Of a DNA stretch of 64,000 nt, positions 8,596 to 17,250 are shown one piece after another. Numbering within the stretch: the stretch's first letter is position 1; each line of letters begins with the position of its first letter. The translations under genes and the position numbers were made by a program. The stretch lies in IMG/VR virus record IMGVR_UViG_3300011577_000001; one strand, given 5' to 3'. The notes beneath the pieces are model-generated. The model saw nothing but the letters and a program-made list of their open reading frames with translations, did no database searches and had not been told where the DNA came from. The stretch comes from a virus. Lineage: Duplodnaviria; Caudoviricetes.

Positions 8596-9978
8596 TCACA
8601 CAGCCCACTTGGGGCGGTATTCACCTTTGGCCATGCGCAGCAGGTCCAGTGTCGAACAGAAGTCCTGAGGATTCTTGTTCTCTTCGAAGTCCCACCAGCC
8701 ACGGGTCGACAGAATCTGGTCCATGTTGTAGCCTTTCTCTTTGAGTTTGGCGTGTAACTCGGCAGGTTCCATCATCAGACCACGAGCTTGGATGAAGCCC
8801 AAGTTCTCCATCTGGCAGAGTTCCGACGAGATCTCCATAGCGCGCTGGAGTTTCGGATCTTCTTTGATCTTGCCCCGTACGGTAGTGCGCTGCATGCTAA
8901 CGTCAGGGTAGAGGTCCATGAAGTAAGCACGATCGTGGCCACCGATCCCGTACTTGAAGAACTTGCAGTAGTTGAACTCAGAGAGACCAACCAGCAGGCC
9001 TTCACGCTGGGAGTAGATCACCTCGAATGGCATCCCGGTAGGACCAGCCTTGGCCCGCAGGTTTTGCAGGAGCAGCAGGTTCAGGTCGGTATCGCCTTTC
9101 AGGTTGTCATCAGCATCAGCCGGGAACTCAGGCGCCTTGGTCGACTGGTTCTGGAGTACCGAGACGCTGTTGCAGTACCAGAGGTTGTTGGTAAGGAACG
9201 TGAACTTCTCCGGTACGTTCTTGAAGACGTTCTTGCCTTTGAGGAAGGCAAGCTTCTTCGGATCAGGAGCGTACGGATCGAGTTGATGCTTGTCACCAAC
9301 GTGAGCGGTAGCGATCAGCAGGTTGTTCGCACCAGCAGTCAGGTTCGGCAACTGCATCAGCATCTGAGTCTTGGCCGCAGCCGAGCGCAGTGCGTCAGTG
9401 TTGGCCGCCGCGTCACCGATCTCGTTCTTCTCGTAGATGCCTTCCACCGAGTCGGTGATGAACATACTGAGCGAGTCAACCTCGAACAGGTGAGGTAGAA
9501 TGGTGGTGATGAAGTCGCCCTTGTTGTCGATGAACGGCGTGGTGCGTTTGAGGCTCTTGGCCTCTTTGCGTTTCATGTTGGACAGGTCGCGGAACTTGTC
9601 GAACCACTTGTTGCCCGACATTTGAACCGAGTCGGTCAGGATCAGTTGCTTCTCTTCGGCCAGATCACGCTCTGCCAGATTAGCAAACTGCATGGCCAAC
9701 TGGTACAGACGGGCCAGGGTCATGGAGGTCTCGGTATCGTAGAAGTTGGCACGCGCCAGATAACGAGACATGATGCGCAGGATCATGAAGTGGGCAATCA
9801 GGGACTTACCCATGTTGCCGCGACCAGCGATACCGGTGAAGTGTGCAAGACCGCCATTCAAGACCATCTCGCCATTCTTGCCTTCAAAGTATCGACCGGT
9901 TGGAATGTCGAACAGGCAGCCCAAGTTAAAGAATGGGCGCAGTCGTGGTGCCTGTTCGAAAAAGTCGTCTAATTCCAT
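8596..9978 (-). CDS. uvsX: UvsX/RecA-like recombinase
   Basis: Walker A GRGNMGKS, YDTE, Walker B-like FEVDSLS; phiKZ-type context. Confidence 0.8.
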   Translation of the reverse strand: MELDDFFEQAPRLRPFFNLGCLFDIPTGRYFEGKNGEMVLNGGLAHFTGIAGRGNMGKSLIAHFMILRIMSRYLARANFYDTETSMTLARLYQLAMQFANLAERDLAEEKQLILTDSVQMSGNKWFDKFRDLSNMKRKEAKSLKRTTPFIDNKGDFITTILPHLFEVDSLSMFITDSVEGIYEKNEIGDAAANTDALRSAAAKTQMLMQLPNLTAGANNLLIATAHVGDKHQLDPYAPDPKKLAFLKGKNVFKNVPEKFTFLTNNLWYCNSVSVLQNQSTKAPEFPADADDNLKGDTDLNLLLLQNLRAKAGPTGMPFEVIYSQREGLLVGLSEFNYCKFFKYGIGGHDRAYFMDLYPDVSMQRTTVRGKIKEDPKLQRAMEISSELCQMENLGFIQARGLMMEPAELHAKLKEKGYNMDQILSTRGWWDFEENKNPQDFCSTLDLLRMAKGEYRPKWAV

Positions 9979-10088
9979 GCGGTAGGACTCACTGAGGTGA
10001 TAAGTGGTTGTGTTGAACTCACTAGATAGGTCCTAGGAGTTTAATTTTATGTGTCTTTGCTCTAACTTGAGCTTTCCCTATTTACAGG

Positions 10089-10907
10089 ATGGAAACCATG
10101 CAGATCTCCCTTGAACAACAGGCCAGCGTCCTGTCGATGGAAGCTTTCAACCTGCGAGCGTCTCTGACGGCCCTGACCAAGGTCTTCCCAGCGTACGCTC
10201 GTGGCATCAGCGACACCATTCAGTCGTATCTGGCAAATGACCAGCAAACTATTCCGCTGGTTCGTGTGAAGATCAAAACCAAGATCGCACACAATATCGA
10301 TTATAGCGCACACCGAAAAACTGTGATCTACGGACCACAGGGTTTGAAGGTGACTTACCTCGAATACCTCGAGGCAATCGAAGCGTCGGTCGATATCGCC
10401 AAACACGTACACGACAACCAACTGGTGCCGTTCAACGGTTGGGTCACCAAGCTCCTGGGTAACCCGGAAGAGCTGTCGAGCATCAACCACAAGGACATCC
10501 TCAAGTTAGATGAGTCCGACCTCGAGAAAGCCAAGGGTAAGCTCGAGAAGTGTGTGAACCGTGCGAACTCACAGACCAATCACGAGTACGGTAAGCTCGT
10601 TAAGCAGAACGCTGAATGGGACCTGATCTTCGAGAAGACCAACTCCCTGATCGTGTCCTACCAAGCGGTTGACCGCAAGAAGCTGCTGGATGAAGTGGAG
10701 CTGCTGAACGAGCAACTGCTGCGTCTGGCCGACCGTATCCAGGAAGACCCGGACACCTACAAGGCCTCCGGTGTGACCATCTCCGAGTTGGCAAAACGTT
10801 GTCTGCTGATGGCACGTTTCGTTGAGTTCTACTCGATCACTGGCTTCCTGCTGACCGAGCTGTCCTCGACTGTACAACAGTCCTTCGACGCCATCGCGCG
10901 TCTGTAA
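10089..10907 (+). CDS. Probable virion head protein
   Basis: N-terminal SLE and SME motifs resemble phiKZ prohead-protease (S/A/G-x-E) sites. Confidence 0.65.
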   Translation: METMQISLEQQASVLSMEAFNLRASLTALTKVFPAYARGISDTIQSYLANDQQTIPLVRVKIKTKIAHNIDYSAHRKTVIYGPQGLKVTYLEYLEAIEASVDIAKHVHDNQLVPFNGWVTKLLGNPEELSSINHKDILKLDESDLEKAKGKLEKCVNRANSQTNHEYGKLVKQNAEWDLIFEKTNSLIVSYQAVDRKKLLDEVELLNEQLLRLADRIQEDPDTYKASGVTISELAKRCLLMARFVEFYSITGFLLTELSSTVQQSFDAIARL

Positions 10908-10912
10908 AGCGT

Positions 10913-10961
10913 CATAAAGACTGACTCCCCAGGATCACCTTGGGGAGTCAGTCTTGTATGC
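10913..10961. terminator. Long bidirectional hairpin
   Basis: CATAAAGACTGACTCCCCAGG...CTTGGGGAGTCAGTCTTGTATG. Confidence 0.75.
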
Positions 10962-10967
10962 TGGGTA

Positions 10968-11375
10968 TTATGCTAAGCCCAGTTTTGCCGTTTGCATCAC
11001 AGTACGAGCATCGTCAAGCATTTGCTTCATGTCATCGTACTGCAACCACTTCGGCATTTGTTCCACTACCTTCAACGAGCACGCATCGAGTGATCCTGTT
11101 GCGACCGTTTCGTCCAGGTTACAGCCGCTCCAAATGGTGCGAGCCAGTAGGGCCGGGACTTCAAGAGCTTCCTTAGAAGAAGACAAGGACATCTTCTCGT
11201 TCAGGACTTCCAGCTCTTGCAGTTCGTTGTGGGTAAGGTGCTTGAGCCCAGCGAAGAGACTAACTGCGAACAGCAGTCTCTTACCGTACCGTGGCAACCC
11301 CACCCGAAGAAGACGAAGCAGTAAACGCCGGTTAAGGCCTGCTACCGCCTTCGTAAGGGAGGTAATAGGGTTCAT
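10968..11375 (-). CDS. Hypothetical protein
   Basis: 135-aa ORF downstream of RNase H. Confidence 0.65.
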   Translation of the reverse strand: MNPITSLTKAVAGLNRRLLLRLLRVGLPRYGKRLLFAVSLFAGLKHLTHNELQELEVLNEKMSLSSSKEALEVPALLARTIWSGCNLDETVATGSLDACSLKVVEQMPKWLQYDDMKQMLDDARTVMQTAKLGLA

Positions 11376-11388
11376 AGGTCATTCTCAT

Positions 11389-12942
11389 TCAACTGGTCAG
11401 TAGACAGATGTTGGAATAGATGCCAGCCCAGATCCCGATATCATCATCCGTTTTGATGATAGTAGCGTAACGGAAAGCCGTGTCGCTCTCACGCCATGTG
11501 ATCAGGTACACCCTCGGATTGAACGGTGCCAATGCAGACAACGTGTTGCGGTTGGCAATATCCATCCCGATGGTGATCGGCAATTTGAACTGGCCCGACT
11601 TCGCACCTGTGTGGTAAGGCGCTTCAATCTCAATGCGCTTGAGCGCACTGTTGATCGTAGACCGGAGTTTCTTAACAGACTTGTTCTTCTTGACTTCCGT
11701 CTCATAGAACAAGTCAGTGATTTCGTGGTGCAGGAAGGTATGACCAATCGGTACACACACAGCCTTGTCACTGATGAAATCGAGCAGCATGTTCTCCATG
11801 ACAGCCATTGCCTGCATTACACGGAAGGCAATACGTGGAGGTTTCAGGTCCTTGGTCAACTGAAGAGGAGACTCACCAGGCATGAACAGGTCCATCTTCC
11901 CCCAGTTTTTACACTGTAGGAATTGGTCACCATATCGTTCCAACTCAGCGTACACTTTACCGCCTAAGACGTTGTTCAGACGCCCGATCACCATGCTGTT
12001 GAAACCGCCGGTGTCCAGAGTGTCTTGATACTTCGTCAACATCTCCATTACCGGATCACGCTCTTTGAGGAACAGAACCGAGAACGAAGCATCACTGATC
12101 TTCTTGCCACAGAAGTCGTCTTCCGACCCGTGATCGCCCAAGTAGTAGACCGCACGTCCGTCAGGCGCAAACTGTGTCCCACCCACATTGGTATTGAAGT
12201 ACCAGTACGGGAGAGAGAACATACGGTTGTACGTGGACTTAACAGCCCAATACCCTTTGGCATCTGTGAAGAAGACCTCACGCACTTTCAACTCTTTCTT
12301 ACCGGCGATGATTGCAGCACCGGCCAGATAGTCTACAGTGTCATTGCCCAGATCACCAGAATGTCCACGAACCCAACGGGTGTAGATCTGTGTACCACGC
12401 GCTTGCAGAACATCGACCGCAGCAACGATCTGCTGCCACAGTTCTTTGTTCGCAATAGGCGTCTGGTCAGGTCTGCACCAGTTGTTGGCCTGCCACTTGC
12501 GCGACCAGTTCAGCAAACCATTCAAGGCGTACTTACTGTCCGGCACCAGCATTACAGAGGCCACCTTCTCTTGGATTGCTATTTGTAAAGCTTCCAAAAG
12601 CGCCGTGGTTTCAGCTTCGTTATTCGTGGATTCTGGGATCAGCGATCCATACCCCGAGACATAACGTAGGGGTGTTACCGCGTAGATTTGTGGATCATCG
12701 AACCGCTCGACCTCTGGATCACGGTCAGTCGGTTTGTAGTTGAAGAAGGCCATCCCCGGTTGACCTTCATCCGGGTCGATGTATCCAAAGTTGGTAACCA
12801 GAGCAGGTGCGCCGGTCCCTTGCTTCGACTTCTCAGTCGTATAGGTGTAGCCATGAATGGCCCATCCACCTGTCCCACGAGACGGTTTGCAACCACCATC
12901 CGTGTAGATGACGGCGTGCACCGTTTGCTCAGTGTTACTCAT
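11389..12942 (-). CDS. rnh: Ribonuclease HI with C-terminal extension
   Basis: IYTDGGC, STNNEAE, PDSKY, ANKELW, WVRGHSGDLGNDTVDYLA. Confidence 0.9.
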   Translation of the reverse strand: MSNTEQTVHAVIYTDGGCKPSRGTGGWAIHGYTYTTEKSKQGTGAPALVTNFGYIDPDEGQPGMAFFNYKPTDRDPEVERFDDPQIYAVTPLRYVSGYGSLIPESTNNEAETTALLEALQIAIQEKVASVMLVPDSKYALNGLLNWSRKWQANNWCRPDQTPIANKELWQQIVAAVDVLQARGTQIYTRWVRGHSGDLGNDTVDYLAGAAIIAGKKELKVREVFFTDAKGYWAVKSTYNRMFSLPYWYFNTNVGGTQFAPDGRAVYYLGDHGSEDDFCGKKISDASFSVLFLKERDPVMEMLTKYQDTLDTGGFNSMVIGRLNNVLGGKVYAELERYGDQFLQCKNWGKMDLFMPGESPLQLTKDLKPPRIAFRVMQAMAVMENMLLDFISDKAVCVPIGHTFLHHEITDLFYETEVKKNKSVKKLRSTINSALKRIEIEAPYHTGAKSGQFKLPITIGMDIANRNTLSALAPFNPRVYLITWRESDTAFRYATIIKTDDDIGIWAGIYSNICLLTS

Positions 12943-12997
12943 TGGTCCCTACCCAAAAATTGGCTTTACTCAAGAGATTACTGCTTCGAGTAATCCC

Positions 12998-13423
12998 TTA
13001 CTTCCGGCCAGGTTTGCGCGTACGCTCCCATTCAAGGCTCGCTTGGGTGTCGGCTAAGCGCTGCTCAAGAACTAACTGAGTCGCTTTAGCTGATGCCAAG
13101 TCTACCTCTAATTGGTGAGATTCCCCACGGTTGATCTCATACTTACTAACCAGTTCTGCATGGTCAGTGATGAGTTGTTGGTATTTGGCAGTAGTTTCCC
13201 TACTTTCTCGCAACAGCCTGTCGTACAACCGAGAGTATTCCTCAGCAGTGCGAGCGTTACCGATGGTCAGCAGAAGCAGAACCAACGAGGACGCTAACAA
13301 AGTAACGATGCTCTTGTTGCTACGGACAGCGAGTTGGAAGTCCTTGTTCCTGAAGAATACTTCCCTCAGAAAAGGCCACAGTTTCAAAAGAAACTTAAAA
13401 AGAAGGACAGTATTCCCGATCAT
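12998..13423 (-). CDS. Membrane-anchored coiled-coil protein
   Basis: TM segment IVTLLASSLVLLLLTI followed by a heptad-rich region; start uncertain. Confidence 0.6.
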   Translation of the reverse strand: MIGNTVLLFKFLLKLWPFLREVFFRNKDFQLAVRSNKSIVTLLASSLVLLLLTIGNARTAEEYSRLYDRLLRESRETTAKYQQLITDHAELVSKYEINRGESHQLEVDLASAKATQLVLEQRLADTQASLEWERTRKPGRK

Positions 13424-13502
13424 CTTTGGTTTGCTCCGTTCAAACCCCAAGAATGGTATAGGTAATTTATTTTACTTACACCCTCCCCACGAAGAGGTCA
13501 AT

Positions 13503-14822
13503 ATGTATAGTCTCAAAGCGTTTATGATCTACGCGCCGTTGGCTGACAACGCCGTAGATGTGATTGCGCCCTTAGGGGAGCTGTCCACCCACGTACGAAC
13601 TTTCTCGAAGGAGAAGGGTCAGTACACTAGCGAGGATTACAAAGACTCGAAGCTGATCAGCTTTGTGAGTCAGAACATCGCTACCAACGGCACTAAGACC
13701 TTGGTCAAAGTTCCAGCCGCTCATTCTAACGCAGCGCTGAACTTGGGTCAATGGATTTATGCAAAAGCCATTGCCAGTGAAATCCGCGATGACCGTGATG
13801 CACTCACTGTGGCATTGAACACCGCATTCGGTGGTCTGCTCAACGATCTGACTTTCGGTGAGATTGTCACCGACGGCGTACGTTGGATGCCTGAGTGGGT
13901 CACCTACTCCTTGGCCGGTCAACCCGAGAACCGGGTGCGGATCTGGTTTGCTGATGATTCGATGCGTCGTCAATACGACGAATACGAACTTGCCTTCGTA
14001 GCACCGATCGATAACCTGGATGACTTCTTCCGTGACCCTGCCGAAGTCAAGGTCTTGGTCGATGCCTACAAGCTCGATACTGCTCTGTCGAAAGCTGAGA
14101 CGGTGAAGAACCGGAAGCCGGAAACCTACATCATCAACCGCGTGTACAAGTACATTGCGCAGAAGGCTCCGTTCATCAATCTGGACACCAACTGGATGGT
14201 GATCATCTGGGGTCCGGCGGGTAACAACCCCGACATCATCAAGCAAGAACTGGCTAAATGGATTCTGGCCAACTCACAACATACCGAAGAAGAATGGATG
14301 GATATCTTCCCGGATATCTTCACTTCGACGGAGTTCATCGTCACCCCTTTTTGGGATAACATCGCCATCGAACAGAAGGCGATCAGTTCCGGTGTCTACT
14401 CACCAACGATGTTGCTGACCGACATCCGCACCAAGTCCCTGAAGACCATCAAGGGTAAGAACTACACCACTGCTCACATTGACCAGAACTTGGTCCAGAC
14501 GGCGTTCCAATACGCTTCTGTGTGTGCCTCGGTGTGTGGCGGTCCTTACAACCGAGGTGGCATCAAGCGCCTTGATGATCAGTGGCCTGACTACATCAAC
14601 GTGGCTTACGACTCGCTGGATGCTGGTCGGATGAAGCTGGCAACTCAGAACTGGCTGAACTTCATGGTTGAACTGCTGATCCAAGCAGAGAAGGCTACCC
14701 TGTTCAATGACCTGCCTCAGGGGATGGCACGCGTAACCCGTGACGGGATCGTGTACATCGCTTCGACCCACGAGGACATTCTGTACCTGGTTGTTACCAA
14801 GTACTCGATGCTCGACATCTGA
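13503..14822 (+). CDS. Probable virion structural protein
   Basis: GAGG RBS before ATG 13503 (MYSLK); upstream part of the called ORF is antisense overlap. Confidence 0.7.
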   Translation: MYSLKAFMIYAPLADNAVDVIAPLGELSTHVRTFSKEKGQYTSEDYKDSKLISFVSQNIATNGTKTLVKVPAAHSNAALNLGQWIYAKAIASEIRDDRDALTVALNTAFGGLLNDLTFGEIVTDGVRWMPEWVTYSLAGQPENRVRIWFADDSMRRQYDEYELAFVAPIDNLDDFFRDPAEVKVLVDAYKLDTALSKAETVKNRKPETYIINRVYKYIAQKAPFINLDTNWMVIIWGPAGNNPDIIKQELAKWILANSQHTEEEWMDIFPDIFTSTEFIVTPFWDNIAIEQKAISSGVYSPTMLLTDIRTKSLKTIKGKNYTTAHIDQNLVQTAFQYASVCASVCGGPYNRGGIKRLDDQWPDYINVAYDSLDAGRMKLATQNWLNFMVELLIQAEKATLFNDLPQGMARVTRDGIVYIASTHEDILYLVVTKYSMLDI

Positions 14823-14830
14823 GGTGAGTT

Positions 14831-15442
14831 ATGGCTGGAGTAACCCCACCCCTTTTAACGAAGGGACGTTACACCCTTATCACGCCCTTCACAGCGTTGC
14901 CTACGACGTTGTACACCTGTGCGGCTATCCGTACCATGCAGGAGTGTCAGATCCACGGTGAAGACGTCTTAAACGACATCTACATCAAAGCGGGTTTGAC
15001 CAAGGCGGATTACGACCGTGACTCCAAAGCTGGCGCTAAGATCGTTACGTTGCTTTCTGATGAAGCCACGCCGATCTACGTCCCAGACTCCTACATCGAA
15101 TCGTATCCCAACTACGACGCTGTCCCGTATTCCCACACGGTGCTGTCGATTGACTTGGGGGCGCTTCCTGACTACGTGAGTTTGGCAAACCTGCAACTGG
15201 AGATCTCTGCACTCACTTCTGATGTGGTGGGTAAAGAGTCCAAGGTAACGGTTCACCGTGGAGCCTCTACGGGTCTGGTCACGCCTGTGCAACACGAGAC
15301 CGCTGAGGTGGCGCGTGTGGCAGCTATCAAACGTCGCACTACTTATCGAGCAGAGAATGTCCGCTTGACAAATGAGAATGCGGCGTTGGTGGAACAGAAC
15401 CGGATCTTGATGAAACTGCTCCAAGACAACGGTCTGATGTAA
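14831..15442 (+). CDS. Hypothetical protein, possibly structural
   Basis: GAGGTG RBS, 203 aa, C-terminal coiled coil. Confidence 0.7.
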   Translation: MAGVTPPLLTKGRYTLITPFTALPTTLYTCAAIRTMQECQIHGEDVLNDIYIKAGLTKADYDRDSKAGAKIVTLLSDEATPIYVPDSYIESYPNYDAVPYSHTVLSIDLGALPDYVSLANLQLEISALTSDVVGKESKVTVHRGASTGLVTPVQHETAEVARVAAIKRRTTYRAENVRLTNENAALVEQNRILMKLLQDNGLM

Positions 15443-15446
15443 GACA

Positions 15447-15482
15447 GCATAAGGGGAGGCCCGATGGCCTCCCCTTATGCCG
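15447..15482. terminator. Bidirectional hairpin
   Basis: GCATAAGGGGAGGCC-cgat-GGCCTCCCCTTATGC, a perfect 15-bp stem. Confidence 0.8.
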
Positions 15483-16010
15483 TTACTTGTTGTAGCGGAA
15501 CACGGTGATCCAGCGACTGTAGGCGATCTCGTCCGCAAACAGAAGCTCATGTAACTGCGCCACAAAGGTCTCATCAGTCGGTTCTTGCAAAGTTCGGGTG
15601 AGGAACTTTTCAATCTCTTTCCGACGAGCCTCGCGACGGTTGTTCTGGATCGGGTACAGCACCAGGATGAACTGGATGGCCAGGGTGGTGTGAATGTCCA
15701 CAGGACGTGGGTCATCGTCACTGAAGGTCCGCATGAAGAGGTCGTGTGCCGTCTCCAATTGATTCTTCACTGTTGCAGGGGTCGGGAACAAAGCCCGAAC
15801 ACCACCCTCGGTGAAGTGATGCAGAAGAGCGTTGATCAGGTTGGGTAGCGTAAAGGGCTCCAACAACTTGGCGTTCGCAGCGAACTCCAGGTTCTTGTAA
15901 TCCTTGAACAGATCCGCCATCACACGCTGATACGCTTTGTGTTCACGAACCATGGTGGTTCGTTCTACACGTTCATGGACGAATTCGCTCATTCGACTGT
16001 GTACTCCCAA
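15483..16010 (-). CDS. Hypothetical protein
   Basis: ~170-aa ORF; true start probably MSEF. Confidence 0.6.
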   Translation of the reverse strand: MGVHSRMSEFVHERVERTTMVREHKAYQRVMADLFKDYKNLEFAANAKLLEPFTLPNLINALLHHFTEGGVRALFPTPATVKNQLETAHDLFMRTFSDDDPRPVDIHTTLAIQFILVLYPIQNNRREARRKEIEKFLTRTLQEPTDETFVAQLHELLFADEIAYSRWITVFRYNK

Positions 16011-16360
16011 CGAAGATCACGATCGGCCCAGCGAGAGAACCATCCGAGGTTATTGGCATTAAGGTTTGCACCATCAAAACCAAATGCCGCAGTGGCACTC
16101 CCCAACTTGCCGTTAAAGAGGCAGAGAGCGTAAGCATCCCACTCAGTAACCGAACAAGGAAGGACCTTGATACCAGCGAGCGGAGTTGGTGAGAAGCAAT
16201 ACGTGAAAGCCTCGACCACCTCACAATCTGCGATGGAGCAAATCACTCCGTTTCGTTTGGGTAGGTAGAAGACCGGAGCACCGCCAATCAAGTCGTGTTG
16301 CTCCAACTTGAAATCACCGACCTCAACCACCACCTGAGTTTGATGCAAGTCGCTCATCAT
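15989..16360 (-). CDS. Hypothetical protein
   Basis: 123-aa ORF coupled to its neighbours. Confidence 0.6.
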   Translation of the reverse strand: MMSDLHQTQVVVEVGDFKLEQHDLIGGAPVFYLPKRNGVICSIADCEVVEAFTYCFSPTPLAGIKVLPCSVTEWDAYALCLFNGKLGSATAAFGFDGANLNANNLGWFSRWADRDLRWEYTVE

Positions 16361-16370
16361 TTACGCCACC

Positions 16371-17123
16371 TTAAACGTCGTTGGAACCAGGCTCTTCTTC
16401 TTCCTCTTCTTCTTCGTTTTCGTCGTCGTCCCCGTCGGTGTTTCCAGCGTCTTCATCGTCATCGCCTTCATCACCTTCGCCGTCTCCGGCGCCCTCACCA
16501 CCATCGCCTTCGCCTCCGGTGTCGCCATCACCAGCGCCAGTGTCACCACCGTCACCAGCATCGCCAGTGCCGTCACCTTGGCCCTCGTCACCCGCGCCCG
16601 TATCGCCGCCTGAGGTGTCGCCAGCTTCGTCACCGTCTGCTGCGCCACCGGCCGAGCCGTCGTCGTATCCACCATCACCGGAACCCTCTCCGTTTGCGTC
16701 GCCGTCACCGCCAGTGCCGTCTTCCGGCAAGCCAGTGCCCGGTTCGTTCACGCCCTCAGGACGTGGGTTCTTGTCTTCGTCGGTCAGGACGAGTTGACCG
16801 TCAGCCATGGATTGCTCCATGCACTTGATGATCATGTTCTTGGCTTCGCCGACGGCCACAGGGTCGCCGATACCAGCCAGAGGAATACCGCGATCGCGCA
16901 GCAGCTCGACAGCCGCCAGGATCTCGTTCATTTCTTTGATGGCTTTCAAGACCAGGGGTTGACCCATGGTCTCGCCACCTTCTTCCCCGTCTTCTGCCGA
17001 GACGACAGGAGCGCCAGCTTGGTCGAGTGCTTTCGGACCCATGGCAGCCAGTTGAGTGAAGACACCTACGAGTTCACCGGCTTCCTGAGCGCCCCGTACA
17101 AACAGAGATTGGATGAGGTTCAT
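16371..17123 (-). CDS. Protein with a long Gly/Asp/Glu-rich acidic tail
   Basis: AAGGT RBS; C-terminal half is GDG/GDE repeats ending in a poly-Glu run. Confidence 0.7.
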   Translation of the reverse strand: MNLIQSLFVRGAQEAGELVGVFTQLAAMGPKALDQAGAPVVSAEDGEEGGETMGQPLVLKAIKEMNEILAAVELLRDRGIPLAGIGDPVAVGEAKNMIIKCMEQSMADGQLVLTDEDKNPRPEGVNEPGTGLPEDGTGGDGDANGEGSGDGGYDDGSAGGAADGDEAGDTSGGDTGAGDEGQGDGTGDAGDGGDTGAGDGDTGGEGDGGEGAGDGEGDEGDDDEDAGNTDGDDDENEEEEEEEEPGSNDV

Positions 17124-17250
17124 CAGTATTACCTTTACAGTTGGTTACTTGAGTGCCGCACCGCCCAAACCTTGGGTGGCATTGAGCGGCGTTTGACGCT
17201 ACTACACCCTATATGGGAGACGAGCTTATCAAACCATACGGCGCTCAAAG

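Noticed and set aside
8342-8608. 88-aa ORF coupled to the uvsX stop
   Set aside because: Overlaps the membrane-protein ORF out of frame and has no motif; may be real but cannot be supported.
13131-13502. N-terminal extension of the 563-aa ORF
   Set aside because: Overlaps the minus-strand gene at 12998; a clear RBS supports ATG 13503.
16295-16828. His/Arg-rich, Ser/Pro-rich and Thr/Val/Met-rich ORFs
   Set aside because: Other frames of the acidic low-complexity tail of 16371-17123.
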